From contig SHXO01000005.1 of the NCBI GenBank assembly GCA_009693245.1, forward strand, positions 1 through 62,084: a stretch of DNA of 62,084 bases. Direction: 5' to 3'. This document shows, in pieces, positions 40,627-50,483 of the stretch (positions are counted from its first letter, which is position 1; each line of letters opens with the position of its first letter). This stretch comes from Betaproteobacteria bacterium. GTDB lineage: Bacteria; Pseudomonadota; Gammaproteobacteria; Burkholderiales; SHXO01. A program made the translations under genes and the position numbers. The notes under the pieces are model-generated. The model saw only the letters and a program-made list of their open reading frames with translations. It ran no database searches and was not told the origin of the DNA.

Positions 40627-41268
40627 ATGGGACGCAACAAAACTAGCAAAGCTTGGATGCACATGCACGTGACCGATGCTTTTGTGCGGCAGGCGCGCAA
40701 GGACGGTTATCGCTCGCGCGCGGTCTACAAACTCGCCGAGATCGCCGAAAAGGATCGTTTGCTCAAGCCCGGCTTGGTGGTGGTGGACTTAGGCGCCGCG
40801 CCCGGAGGGTGGTCGCAATGGCTGGTAAAACAAGTGGGCGCGGGTGGCCGTGTGATCGCAATCGATTGTCTGCCCATGGAGCCCATCATCCAGGTGGAGT
40901 TCATCCACGGGGACTTCACCCGTGATGAAGGCCTGCAATCCCTCCAACAATTACTGAACGGGGCCCGTGCGGACCTTGTTCTTTCCGATATGGCGCCCAA
41001 CATAAGCGGGGTGGAATCGGTGGACCAAGCGCGCTCCGCGCATCTGGCGGAGCTGGCCATCGAATTCGCGAAGGCACATCTTAAACCCGGAGGGGCCTTC
41101 CTGGTCAAGGTATTTCAGGGGGAACATTTCGAGGCGCTACGCAGACAAATGATGGCAACCTTCAAGACCGCAGGGGTGCGAAAGCCGAAAGCTTCGCGCT
41201 CGGAGAGCAAGGAAACCTATCTTGTCGGCCGTGGGTTACGCCAGGAGGCGCTCACGAAAATTTCCTGA
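40627..41268 (+). CDS. rlmE: 23S rRNA (uridine2552-2'-O)-methyltransferase
   Basis: YRSRAVYKLAEIAEKDRLLKPGLVVVDLGAAPGGWSQ. Confidence 0.95.
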   Translation: MGRNKTSKAWMHMHVTDAFVRQARKDGYRSRAVYKLAEIAEKDRLLKPGLVVVDLGAAPGGWSQWLVKQVGAGGRVIAIDCLPMEPIIQVEFIHGDFTRDEGLQSLQQLLNGARADLVLSDMAPNISGVESVDQARSAHLAELAIEFAKAHLKPGGAFLVKVFQGEHFEALRRQMMATFKTAGVRKPKASRSESKETYLVGRGLRQEALTKIS

Positions 41269-41344
41269 AGGCCAGTCCGGTTGAATCCGATTACAATGAA
41301 TCTGCCCTCGAATTCGTCTTTGGGCACGACATGGAGAGCTTGTC

Positions 41345-43234
41345 TTGAATAATCTCGTGAAGAATATCGCCATCTGGTTGGTCATCGCCTTGGTGCTCAT
41401 GACTGTGTTTAACCAGTTCAGCGGCCGGGCTCCCAGCCACAAGCAAATCACCTACTCCCAGTTTATCGATGAGGTGAAGCAAGGCCACGTGGATCGCGTC
41501 ACCATCGAGGGCAAGATCCTCAAATTCCAGACGACGAACGGGGAAAAGTTCGTCACCTATGCCGCCCCCGACCTGTGGATGGTGAGCGATCTTCTCAAGG
41601 CCGGGGTCAAGATCGAGGCCAAACCGGAGGAAGAGCAATCCATCTTGCTACAGATCTTCGTGTCTTGGTTCCCCATGCTGTTGCTGATCGGCGTGTGGAT
41701 ATTCTTCATGCGACAGATGCAAGGTGGCGGGCGGGGAGGTGCTTTCTCCTTCGGCAAGAGCCGGGCGCGCATGCTGGATGAATCCAACAACACTGTGACT
41801 TTCGCCGATGTTGCCGGGTGCGAAGAGGCCAAGGAGGAAGTCAAGGAATTGGTCGATTTTCTCAAGGACCCCAGCAAGTTTCAGAAGCTGGGGGGGCGAA
41901 TCCCGCGCGGGGTGTTGATGGTGGGTTCTCCCGGTACCGGTAAGACGTTGCTGGCGCGAGCCATCGCTGGCGAAGCCAAGGTTCCCTTCTTCAGCATATC
42001 CGGGTCGGATTTCGTCGAGATGTTCGTCGGAGTGGGCGCGGCGCGCGTACGCGACATGTTCGAGCAAGCCAAGAAGCAGGCTCCCTGTATCGTGTTCATC
42101 GACGAAATCGATGCCGTGGGCCGGCAGCGCGGAGCTGGGTTGGGCGGGGGTAACGACGAACGCGAGCAGACACTCAACCAGTTGCTGGTGGAGATGGATG
42201 GTTTTGAAGGTACTTCGGGCGTTATCGTGATCGCGGCCACCAACCGGCCCGATGTGCTTGACCCCGCTCTGCTTCGCCCGGGCCGCTTCGACCGGCAGGT
42301 GGTGGTGCTTCTTCCCGATATTCGCGGGCGCGAACAAATTCTCAACGTGCATATGCGCAAGGTGCCAGTTGCGCCCGACGTGCGCGCCGATCAATTGGCT
42401 CGTGGCACGCCCGGCTTTTCCGGTGCCGACCTGGCTAACTTGGTGAACGAAGCCGCGCTTTTTGCCGCCCGCGGCAATAAGCGCCTGGTGGACATGGAAG
42501 ATTTCGAGCACGCCAAGGACAAGATCATCATGGGTGCCGAGCGCCGCACCATGGTGATGGACGACGAGGAGAAGAAGAACACCGCCTATCATGAGTCTGG
42601 GCATGCCCTGGTGGGCAAGCTCCTGCCCAAGTGCGATCCGGTGCACAAGGTCACCATCATTCCCCGGGGGCGCGCCCTGGGAGTGACCATGTCGCTGCCT
42701 GAGCGGGACCGTTACAGCTATGACCGGGATTATTTGCTGCAGCGCATCTCCATGATGCTGGCGGGCCGTATCGCGGAAGAGTTATTCATGAATCAAATGA
42801 CCAACGGCGCCTCGGACGATTTCCGCAGGGCTACCGACTTGGCCCGCCGGATGGTCACCGAGTGGGGCATGTCGCCAGCTCTGGGCACCATGGTCTATGG
42901 GGAAAATGAAGGCGAGGTCTTTCTCGGCCGCTCCATCACCACCCATAAGAATGTTTCTGAAGCCACCTTGCAAAAAGTGGATTCCGAGATTCGCCGTGTG
43001 ATCGACGAGCAATACGCCCAGGCGCGCCGGCTCATCGAAGATAACCGCGACAAAGTGGAGGCGATGGCCGCCGCGCTTCTTGAGTGGGAAACCATCGATG
43101 CCGACCAAATCAACGACATCGTGGCGGGCCGTCCGCCGCGAGCGCCTAAGCCCGTGACCCCGCCTTCGCCGCCACCGGATTCCACTCCCAGTGCCAGCGC
43201 GCCGCTCGCCAGCCCGGCGCCCGAAGCGAAATAG
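41345..43234 (+). CDS. ftsH: ATP-dependent zinc metalloprotease FtsH
   Basis: 629 aa. GPPGTGKT-type Walker A ([11 protein letters not shown]), AAA domain, HESGHAL zinc site. Confidence 0.97.
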   Translation: MNNLVKNIAIWLVIALVLMTVFNQFSGRAPSHKQITYSQFIDEVKQGHVDRVTIEGKILKFQTTNGEKFVTYAAPDLWMVSDLLKAGVKIEAKPEEEQSILLQIFVSWFPMLLLIGVWIFFMRQMQGGGRGGAFSFGKSRARMLDESNNTVTFADVAGCEEAKEEVKELVDFLKDPSKFQKLGGRIPRGVLMVGSPGTGKTLLARAIAGEAKVPFFSISGSDFVEMFVGVGAARVRDMFEQAKKQAPCIVFIDEIDAVGRQRGAGLGGGNDEREQTLNQLLVEMDGFEGTSGVIVIAATNRPDVLDPALLRPGRFDRQVVVLLPDIRGREQILNVHMRKVPVAPDVRADQLARGTPGFSGADLANLVNEAALFAARGNKRLVDMEDFEHAKDKIIMGAERRTMVMDDEEKKNTAYHESGHALVGKLLPKCDPVHKVTIIPRGRALGVTMSLPERDRYSYDRDYLLQRISMMLAGRIAEELFMNQMTNGASDDFRRATDLARRMVTEWGMSPALGTMVYGENEGEVFLGRSITTHKNVSEATLQKVDSEIRRVIDEQYAQARRLIEDNRDKVEAMAAALLEWETIDADQINDIVAGRPPRAPKPVTPPSPPPDSTPSASAPLASPAPEAK

Positions 43235-43239
43235 GATCC

Positions 43240-44136
43240 GTGGGGATGAGCAGTGAAGGGGCGGCGGTGCCGCCCCTTGTCGTTCCTGGCTCCGCTAGAA
43301 CCTTGCGCTGCGGGCGCTTCCATCTGTCTCTTGCCCAACCCCTCATCATGGGCATCGTGAATGTCACGCCCGACTCCTTTTCCGATGGCGGCAGTTATCT
43401 CGATGCGGGCAAGGCCATCGCCCATGCGCAAGAGTTGGCGAGCCAAGGGGCCGCGATCGTTGACCTGGGTGGCGAATCTTCGCGGCCCGGTGCCGAGCCC
43501 GTGCCCCTGGAAGAAGAATGGATGCGCTTGCTTCCCGTGCTCACGGGGTTGCGCGACATCGGTGTCCCCATCTCGGTGGATACCGTCAAACCCGAGATCA
43601 TGCGCCGTGCCATCGATGTAGGCGCGTCGATGATTAACGACATCAGCGCGTTGCGCACCCGCGGCACCATGGAGGCGGCCAGCAACGCTTCCGTGGCGGT
43701 ATGCCTTATGCATATGCAGGGCGATCCGCGAACCATGCAGCACGCGCCGAGTTACGACAACGTGGTGGGCGAGGTGGCCGAGTTTCTATCGGAGCGCGCC
43801 AGGGAGGCGGAGAGTGCGGGGATTGGGCACGACAGGATTGTGCTCGACCCCGGTTTTGGATTCGGTAAGCGATCACGGCACAACTTGGCGCTGTTGCGCG
43901 ATCTCGACGCAATCGCCGGTTTGGGTTATCCAGTGCTGGCGGGACTGTCGCGCAAGTCCTTGTTGGGCGCTGTCACTGGGAGGCCTCGGCCGGGACGTTT
44001 GGCGGCAAGCCTCGCGGCGGCGGTGCTGGCGGTGCAGCGAGGAGCATCCATTTTGAGAGTTCACGACATCGCTGAAACGCGCGACGCCCTATTGATGATC
44101 AAGGTTTTGGAGGACCCAGACAATTACCTCGACTAG
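43240..44136 (+). CDS. folP: dihydropteroate synthase
   Basis: [16 protein letters not shown]...[12 protein letters not shown]. Confidence 0.9.
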   Translation: MGMSSEGAAVPPLVVPGSARTLRCGRFHLSLAQPLIMGIVNVTPDSFSDGGSYLDAGKAIAHAQELASQGAAIVDLGGESSRPGAEPVPLEEEWMRLLPVLTGLRDIGVPISVDTVKPEIMRRAIDVGASMINDISALRTRGTMEAASNASVAVCLMHMQGDPRTMQHAPSYDNVVGEVAEFLSERAREAESAGIGHDRIVLDPGFGFGKRSRHNLALLRDLDAIAGLGYPVLAGLSRKSLLGAVTGRPRPGRLAASLAAAVLAVQRGASILRVHDIAETRDALLMIKVLEDPDNYLD

Positions 44137-44158
44137 AAAATATTTCGGTACGGACGGC

Positions 44159-45490
44159 GTGCGCGGGCGCGTAGGCGAATCGCCCATCACCCCCGATTTC
44201 GTGATGCGCTTGGGTTACGCCGCCGGCAAGGTGCTGGCGAGAAAGGAAATCCGCCCGGCCGGGCAGCACTCCGCCGTGGTCATAGGCAAGGACACGCGGA
44301 TTTCGGGCTACATGCTGGAGGCGGCCTTGGAGGCAGGCCTCTCGGCGGCCGGTGTCGACGTGCACTTGGCGGGCCCGATGCCTACACCGGCCGTGGCCTA
44401 TCTGACGCGGGCCCTTAGGCTATCGGCGGGCATCGTCATCAGCGCCTCGCACAATCCCTTTGAAGACAACGGCATCAAATTCTTCTCCGCCAGCGGCGAC
44501 AAGCTTACCGACGCCGTGGAGGCCGAAATCGAGGACGGACTTTGCCAGACCCTTTCGGTGTCTCCCTCCGCGCAACTGGGAAAGGTTTGGCGCCTGCGCG
44601 ACGCCGCGGGCCGCTACATCGAATTTTGCAAGAGCACTTTCCCCTCCAACCAGAACTTGCGTGGTCTCAAGATCGTGGTGGATTGCGCCCATGGCGCCTG
44701 CTACCACATCGCACCCCACGTATTGCATGAGTTGGGGGCTGAAGTCATCGAAATTGGGACACAGCCCGATGGAATGAATATCAACCAGAATTGTGGCGCC
44801 GTGCATCCCCAGGCCATGGCAGAGGCGGTTCGCACCCATGGCGCCGATATAGGGCTAGCCTTGGATGGCGATGGCGACCGCCTGATATTCGCCGACCAGC
44901 AGGGCAAGCTCTACTATGGTGACGAATTGCTTTACATTATCGCGCGTCATCGAAAGGCCGCTGGAACCTTGAAAGGGGGCATCGTCGGGACGCTGATGAC
45001 CAACCTGGGATTCGAGCACGCCTTGGGGCGCATGGGAGTGCCCTTCAAGCGCGCCTCCGTGGGAGATCGTTATGTGCTGGAGAAACTCCACGAAGCGGGC
45101 TGGGAAGTAGGCGGGGAGAATTCCGGCCACATCATCTGCCTGGATAAACATACCACGGGCGATGGAATCGTGGCGGCCTTGCAAGTGCTGTTTGCGATGC
45201 GGGCCATGGGAACGGCCTTACCCGAACTTACAGCGGATCTCACCATGTACCCTCAGGTGCTGCTCAACGTGCGCATGGCGGTGCGCTCCGAGTTACGCAC
45301 CCATCCGCGTGTGCAGGCGGCGGTCAAGGACGCGGAAAGCCAACTCAACGGCAAAGGCAGGGTACTGCTCCGGCCCTCGGGAACAGAGCCTGTCCTACGC
45401 GTCATGGTGGAAGGCGAGCCAGGGCCTTTGGTGCGCACGCTGGCGGAAGGAATCGCCGCCACGGTCAAGGAGGTTGCTGAGGCGGCCTAA
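44159..45490 (+). CDS. glmM: phosphoglucosamine mutase
   Basis: [15 protein letters not shown]...[15 protein letters not shown] active-site Ser. The conserved RKYFGTDG residues lie upstream of the first canonical start, so the true start is probably earlier (see findings). Confidence 0.93.
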   Translation: MRGRVGESPITPDFVMRLGYAAGKVLARKEIRPAGQHSAVVIGKDTRISGYMLEAALEAGLSAAGVDVHLAGPMPTPAVAYLTRALRLSAGIVISASHNPFEDNGIKFFSASGDKLTDAVEAEIEDGLCQTLSVSPSAQLGKVWRLRDAAGRYIEFCKSTFPSNQNLRGLKIVVDCAHGACYHIAPHVLHELGAEVIEIGTQPDGMNINQNCGAVHPQAMAEAVRTHGADIGLALDGDGDRLIFADQQGKLYYGDELLYIIARHRKAAGTLKGGIVGTLMTNLGFEHALGRMGVPFKRASVGDRYVLEKLHEAGWEVGGENSGHIICLDKHTTGDGIVAALQVLFAMRAMGTALPELTADLTMYPQVLLNVRMAVRSELRTHPRVQAAVKDAESQLNGKGRVLLRPSGTEPVLRVMVEGEPGPLVRTLAEGIAATVKEVAEAA

Positions 45491-45528
45491 GCCGCCCTAG
45501 TCCTAGCCGTAGTCCTTTCGGCGCATGG

Positions 45529-45562
45529 ATGACATGAAAGTGTCACATTCGACTTCTAGAAT
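45529..45562 (+). promoter_or_regulatory. putative Pho box plus -10 element upstream of pstS
   Basis: ATGACAT-GAAA-GTGTCAC: two 7-mers at 11-bp spacing, each matching CTGTCAT at 5 of 7 positions. TAGAAT follows 10 bp downstream, about 35 nt before the pstS ATG. Confidence 0.35.
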
Positions 45563-45597
45563 CCGCCCGGTTCTATACTCTAAAGGATGGATACTCC

Positions 45598-46590
45598 ATG
45601 AAAGGTTTTCTACGAGGGATGGCCGCCACGTGCGTGCTGGCGCTCAACGCCGCCGGTGCCTATGCACAATTGGTCAAAGTGGATGGATCGAGCACCGTTT
45701 TTCCCATCACAGAGGCCGTCGCGGAAGACTTTCAGCGCGCCACCAAGGGCAAGATGCGCGTGACCGTTGGTATTTCCGGTACCGGCGGGGGATTCAAGAA
45801 ATTCTGCCGGGGTGAAACCGATATCTCGAACGCCTCGCGTCCCATCCTCAAATCCGAGATGGAAATCTGCAAGGCCGCCGGAATTGCCTATTACGAGTTG
45901 CCCGTGGCCTATGATGCTCTCACCGTGGTCATGAATCCGCGGAATGCATTCTTGAAGACCATGACGGTGGCCGAACTCAAGAAACTGTGGGAGCCCGCCG
46001 CCCAAGGCAAGATCACCAAGTGGAAGCAAATCAATCCCGCCTGGCCGGACCAGCCCATCAAGCTCTTTGGCGCCGGTGCGGACTCCGGAACCTTCGATTA
46101 CTTCACCGAGGCGGTCGTCGGCAAGGCCAAATCCAGCCGCGGAGATTACACCGCGAGCGAGGATGACAACGTCCTGGTGCAAGGCGTGTCACGGGACATC
46201 AACGCATTGGGTTACTTAGGCTACGCCTACTATGCCGAGAACCAGGACAAACTCAAGGCCGTGGCGGTTTCGCCGGCTCTCGGCAGGCCCGGTGTGGAAC
46301 CCTCTGTCGAGAGCGCGGTGAACGGCACGTATCAACCCTTGTCCCGGCCCATCTTCATCTATATCAGCGCCAAGGGCTACGAGCGGCCCGAAGTCAAGCA
46401 GTTCGTCGAGTACTACATGAAGAACGCGGTGGCCTTGGTGGCGGAGGTGAAATACGTGGCGTTACCGAAGAAGGCTTACGATTACAATATCGAACATCTC
46501 AACGGCAAGAAAGCCGGGACGAAATTCGGCGGCGAGAACAAGGTGGGCCTTACCATCGAAGATCTCATGAAGCTCGAGGCCAAGCTGTAG
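45598..46590 (+). CDS. pstS: phosphate ABC transporter substrate-binding protein
   Basis: 330 aa with a signal peptide. [18 protein letters not shown]...GTGGGFKKF (PstS/PBP family). Confidence 0.9.
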   Translation: MKGFLRGMAATCVLALNAAGAYAQLVKVDGSSTVFPITEAVAEDFQRATKGKMRVTVGISGTGGGFKKFCRGETDISNASRPILKSEMEICKAAGIAYYELPVAYDALTVVMNPRNAFLKTMTVAELKKLWEPAAQGKITKWKQINPAWPDQPIKLFGAGADSGTFDYFTEAVVGKAKSSRGDYTASEDDNVLVQGVSRDINALGYLGYAYYAENQDKLKAVAVSPALGRPGVEPSVESAVNGTYQPLSRPIFIYISAKGYERPEVKQFVEYYMKNAVALVAEVKYVALPKKAYDYNIEHLNGKKAGTKFGGENKVGLTIEDLMKLEAKL

Positions 46591-46618
46591 TTCTTTACGT
46601 TCGCCGCCCGCGAATCGG

Positions 46619-46655
46619 AGGGGCCCGAAGTCAACAGACCATGGCCCCTATTTCC
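46619..46655 (+). terminator. hairpin between pstS and pstC (possible attenuator)
   Basis: AGGGGCC-17 nt-GGCCCCT followed by ATTTCC. Confidence 0.3.
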
Positions 46656-46698
46656 CAGGCCCTAATGCCATTGGGGTCTACGCTCCGCTAAACTAACC

Positions 46699-47673
46699 GT
46701 GCGTACGCTCACCCACAACGACACTCTCGCGCCGGTTATCCCATTGCCCGCCGTCTCCTCCGCGCATTCCATCAGCCACCGCCTGGCCAGGCGCAAGAGC
46801 CGTCACATGCGCGAGACGGGGATCGAGGTACTGCTCTTTCTTTGTGCCGCTTTTTCGGTCCTGGTGACCACCGGTATCGTCTACATTCTGATTTCCGAAT
46901 CCGTTGGATTTTTCCAGAAGGTCTCGCTCTGGGATTTTATGACCGATAGCCAGTGGACCCCGCTATTCGACGATGCCCACTACGGCATCATGGTCCTGCT
47001 CTCTGGCACCTTGGTGAGTTCGGCGGTGGCGCTGTTGGTGGCCATACCCATTGGAACCATCATCGCCATCTATCTCTCGGAGTTCGCACCCTTTTCCCTG
47101 CGTGAGGCGGCGAAGCCCTTGCTGGAATTGCTGAGCGGGGTGCCCACGGTGGTGTATGGCTACTTCGCCTTGATTTTCGTCACTCCCTTGCTGCAAAAAT
47201 TTTTTCCGGGATTGCCGGGCTTCAACATGCTTTCGGCCGGGCTGGTGATGGGGATCATGATCATTCCCTACGTCAGCTCGGTGAGCGAGGATGCCATGCG
47301 CGCGGTCCCCATGAGCATGCGCGAGGGCTCCTACGCCATGGGCGCCACGCGCTTTCAGACGGCGGTGCGAGTGGTTGCGCCCGCTGCCTTGTCGGGGATC
47401 ACGGCCGCATACATTCTTGGAATATCGCGGGCAGTGGGCGAGACTATGATATTGGCGGTCGCGGCGGGCATGCAACCGAACTTGACCTGGAATCCAGCGG
47501 AGCCCGCGGCTACCATCACCTCCTATATCGTGCAGGTGGCGCTGGGCGATCTGCCTCACGGCAGCATTGGGTATCAAACCATATTTGCCGCCGGATTAAC
47601 CTTGATGTTGCTCACGCTCTTGTTCAACATGCTCGGCCACTGGCTGCGCAAGCGCTACCGCCAAGTATATTAG
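46699..47673 (+). CDS. pstC: phosphate ABC transporter permease PstC
   Basis: Multi-TM protein with an EAA-like loop (SEDAMRAVPMSMREGSYAMGAT). The start is uncertain; an internal Met at about 46807 is possible. Confidence 0.9.
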   Translation: MRTLTHNDTLAPVIPLPAVSSAHSISHRLARRKSRHMRETGIEVLLFLCAAFSVLVTTGIVYILISESVGFFQKVSLWDFMTDSQWTPLFDDAHYGIMVLLSGTLVSSAVALLVAIPIGTIIAIYLSEFAPFSLREAAKPLLELLSGVPTVVYGYFALIFVTPLLQKFFPGLPGFNMLSAGLVMGIMIIPYVSSVSEDAMRAVPMSMREGSYAMGATRFQTAVRVVAPAALSGITAAYILGISRAVGETMILAVAAGMQPNLTWNPAEPAATITSYIVQVALGDLPHGSIGYQTIFAAGLTLMLLTLLFNMLGHWLRKRYRQVY

Positions 47674-47678
47674 CCGCC

Positions 47679-48605
47679 ATGGAGCCGCAAAGAAATCTAC
47701 AAGAAATTCGCGACCTCATCGCGCGCCATAAGCGCTGGGACGTCATCTTCGCCGCCATCGGGCTGTTGTGCCTCGCCATCGCGGCCGCGACGTTCCTTGC
47801 CCTGGCCATCGAGATGGCGTCGGCGGGGGCATCGAGATTGAGCTTGGATTTCTTCACCCACTTTCCTTCGCGCCGGGCGGGACAAGCGGGGATTATGTCG
47901 GCGTGGGTGGGCACCACCCTTGTCATGCTCGTCACGGCCTGCGCCGCCGTTCCCGTGGGAGTCGCCGCCGCTGTCTACCTGGAAGAGTACGCACGCAAAC
48001 ATTGGATTACGGGGCTCATAGAAATCAACATCACGAACCTGGCGGGCGTGCCTTCCATCGTCTACGGATTGCTCGCCTTGGGCCTATTCGTTTACGCGCT
48101 CGGATTCGGCCAAAGCATCTTATCGGCGGGATTGACCTTGGCGCTCCTCATCCTACCGATCGTCATCGTGGCCACGCGCGAGGCCATCCGTTCCATTCCC
48201 TCGGCCATTCGCGAGGCGGCCTATGCCGTGGGGGCCACCAAGTGGCAGACGACGTGGGACCACGTGTTGCGCTACTCCACGCCGGGCGTGCTCACCGGCG
48301 TGATCATCGGCATGGCCAGAGCAATCGGCGAAACCGCGCCCATCCTCACCATCGGCGCGCTGACCTTCATAGCGTTCTTGCCGCCTTCGCCGGTGAAGCC
48401 AGAATTTCCTTTCCTATCCTTCGACTGGCTCTACGCACCCTTCACCGTGATGCCCATACAGATGTTCAACTGGACCTCGCGCCCCGATCCGGCCTTTCAT
48501 CAAAACGCCGCGGCGGCAGGATTAGTCTTGCTCGTCATGACGCTATCGATGAACGGTTTGGCGATCTACATTCGCTACCGTCTCAGAAAGAACATCAAGT
48601 GGTAA
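47679..48605 (+). CDS. pstA: phosphate ABC transporter permease PstA
   Basis: 308 aa, multi-TM. REAIRSIPSAIREAAYAVGATKWQT. Confidence 0.9.
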   Translation: MEPQRNLQEIRDLIARHKRWDVIFAAIGLLCLAIAAATFLALAIEMASAGASRLSLDFFTHFPSRRAGQAGIMSAWVGTTLVMLVTACAAVPVGVAAAVYLEEYARKHWITGLIEINITNLAGVPSIVYGLLALGLFVYALGFGQSILSAGLTLALLILPIVIVATREAIRSIPSAIREAAYAVGATKWQTTWDHVLRYSTPGVLTGVIIGMARAIGETAPILTIGALTFIAFLPPSPVKPEFPFLSFDWLYAPFTVMPIQMFNWTSRPDPAFHQNAAAAGLVLLVMTLSMNGLAIYIRYRLRKNIKW

Positions 48606-48608
48606 GCC

Positions 48609-49403
48609 ATGCCAAAAACGACTGAAGCAAAGAATGAAGTGCTCACGCTCAAGGCGGAAGCGAAGTCGCTGGAGTTTCACTATGGCGCTTTCCATGCCTT
48701 GAAGGGTATTTCCATGCCCTTGTACGAGAATAAAGTCACCGCCTTGATCGGGCCGTCGGGCTGCGGAAAATCCACCTATCTGCGTTGCTTCAACCGCATG
48801 CACGATCTTTACCCCGGGAACAAATACGGCGGCGAGATCCGGCTCTACCCCGACAACACCAACTTGCTTCACGCACAGGTAGATCCCATCGAAGTGCGCA
48901 TGCGCATTAGCATGGTGTTTCAAAAACCCAACCCCTTCCCCAAATCCATCTACGAAAACGTTGCCTACGGATTGCGGGTACGCGGAGAAAAGCGCGTCAC
49001 CACCTTGGACGACAAGGTGGAGCAAGCGCTGCGCGGAGCGGCTCTGTGGGAGGAGGTGAAGCACCGCTTGAAGGACCTGGCCTTCAACCTCTCCGGCGGC
49101 CAGCAACAGCGCCTGTGCATCGCGCGCGCCTTGGCGACCGATCCGGAAATTCTGCTCTTCGACGAACCCACCTCCGCGCTGGACCCCATCGCCACCGCCA
49201 GCATCGAGGAACTCATCGCCGATTTGAAGAGCAAGCTCACCATTCTCATCGTCACACACAACATGCAACAGGCCGCGCGCGTGTCGGATTTCACCGCCTA
49301 CATGTACCTGGGCGAACTCATCGAGTTCGACCGCACCGACACCATCTTCATCAAGCCCAAGCAAAAGGCGACGGAAGACTACATCACTGGCAGGTTCGGC
49401 TAG
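48609..49403 (+). CDS. pstB: phosphate ABC transporter ATP-binding protein
   Basis: GPSGCGKST Walker [15 protein letters not shown] signature, [11 protein letters not shown]. Confidence 0.95.
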   Translation: MPKTTEAKNEVLTLKAEAKSLEFHYGAFHALKGISMPLYENKVTALIGPSGCGKSTYLRCFNRMHDLYPGNKYGGEIRLYPDNTNLLHAQVDPIEVRMRISMVFQKPNPFPKSIYENVAYGLRVRGEKRVTTLDDKVEQALRGAALWEEVKHRLKDLAFNLSGGQQQRLCIARALATDPEILLFDEPTSALDPIATASIEELIADLKSKLTILIVTHNMQQAARVSDFTAYMYLGELIEFDRTDTIFIKPKQKATEDYITGRFG

Positions 49404-49423
49404 TCCGAACCTGCCAGTGATGT
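49381..49423. repeat. perfect 19-bp inverted repeat spanning the pstB stop codon
   Basis: ACATCACTGGCAGGTTCGG-CTAGT-CCGAACCTGCCAGTGATGT. The left arm encodes the last pstB codons. No T-run follows. Confidence 0.8.
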
Positions 49424-49548
49424 AGCGGCGCAGACTAATCATCAGGTTGGCGAAAGTCGTTAGCTTGGCTCGCCACCTACCAGGCATAACCCGTAACGGG
49501 GCCGCGAGACTATACTTCAGTATCGAGTACTCAGGTTCTGAGCGAGTT

Positions 49549-49800
49549 ATGAAAGAGGACGAACTGCTTCAGCGGATTACAGTTAACCCAGAGATTTTTG
49601 GCGGCAAACCCATCATTCGCGGGAGACGGCTGGCCGTGGAACACGTGCTTAGCATGCTTTCCTTAGGCGACTCTCCTGATACGATTCTTGAAGGATATCC
49701 CTGGCTTGAGCGCGACGATATTCTTGCGTGCTTGATCTACGCCCGCAGGATCGTCGCACAAGAAAGGGTGGAACCACTGTTCGTTAGCGCGCCTGCGTGA
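49549..49800 (+). CDS. DUF433 domain protein (antitoxin-like)
   Basis: ITVNPEIFGGKPIIRGRRLAVEHVLSMLSLGDSPDTILEGYPWLERDDILACLIYA. Confidence 0.8.
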   Translation: MKEDELLQRITVNPEIFGGKPIIRGRRLAVEHVLSMLSLGDSPDTILEGYPWLERDDILACLIYARRIVAQERVEPLFVSAPA

Positions 49801-50069
49801 AGGTCTTGCTGGACGCCTGTGTTTGGGGCAAGGCAGCGCCAGCCCTAGAACAGGAGTGGCACGACGTTACTTGGGCCGTGGAATGGCCCTTCGATCCGGG
49901 TGACGAGGCCATTCTGTCAATTGCGTCCAAGGAAAACCGCGTGCTAGTTACTCTTGATAAGGACTTCGGAGAGCTAGCAATTCGGCGTGGCCAGAGTCAT
50001 TGTGGGATCGTTCGGCTGGTTGGTATACCGGCCAAGACGCAAGCAGAAGCATGCGCTCAGGTGTGCTGA
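49797..50069 (+). CDS. DUF5615 / PIN-like small nuclease-fold protein (toxin-like partner of DUF433)
   Basis: GTG start in a GTGA overlap with the DUF433 stop. MKVLLDACVW...LVTLDKDFGELA. Confidence 0.7.
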   Translation: MKVLLDACVWGKAAPALEQEWHDVTWAVEWPFDPGDEAILSIASKENRVLVTLDKDFGELAIRRGQSHCGIVRLVGIPAKTQAEACAQVC

Positions 50070-50196
50070 GCCGCTTTTCGGCCGAACTTCAACGCGGGGC
50101 ACTCATCGTTGCGGAGCTAGGCCGTGTGAGAGTGCGTCTGCCTGGCTGATTTAATGATCGTCTTTCCGTAGTTTCCACAATTGAATGAGTGAGAGC

Positions 50197-50389
50197 ATGG
50201 TTTTCTCCAGAATTACGATCGATCCCAAGCAAATGGGAGGTACGCCCTGCATACGTGCGTTTGCGGACAACATTCCAATTAAGACGCTGCCCTGTTTCTC
50301 GTAGTGTTGAATGGATTTCATATTTCGTGCCCCTGGTCTTGCGCGCGGACGCCCCTGGCGTCACGGCGTTGGTTAAATATCGTGAGTAA
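50197..50389 (+). pseudogene. degenerate second DUF433-like gene remnant
   Basis: MVFSRITIDPKQMGGTPCIR matches the DUF433 core. The remainder is readable only after a frame change. No partner gene is present. Confidence 0.3.
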
Positions 50390-50483
50390 CCTAAATCGCA
50401 GACAGAACCGAGGGCAGCAAATATGCCAGAGCAATTACGGGAGCCGTGCGCACCGGTGTGCGCAGGGGGATGCTCGCGTGAGC

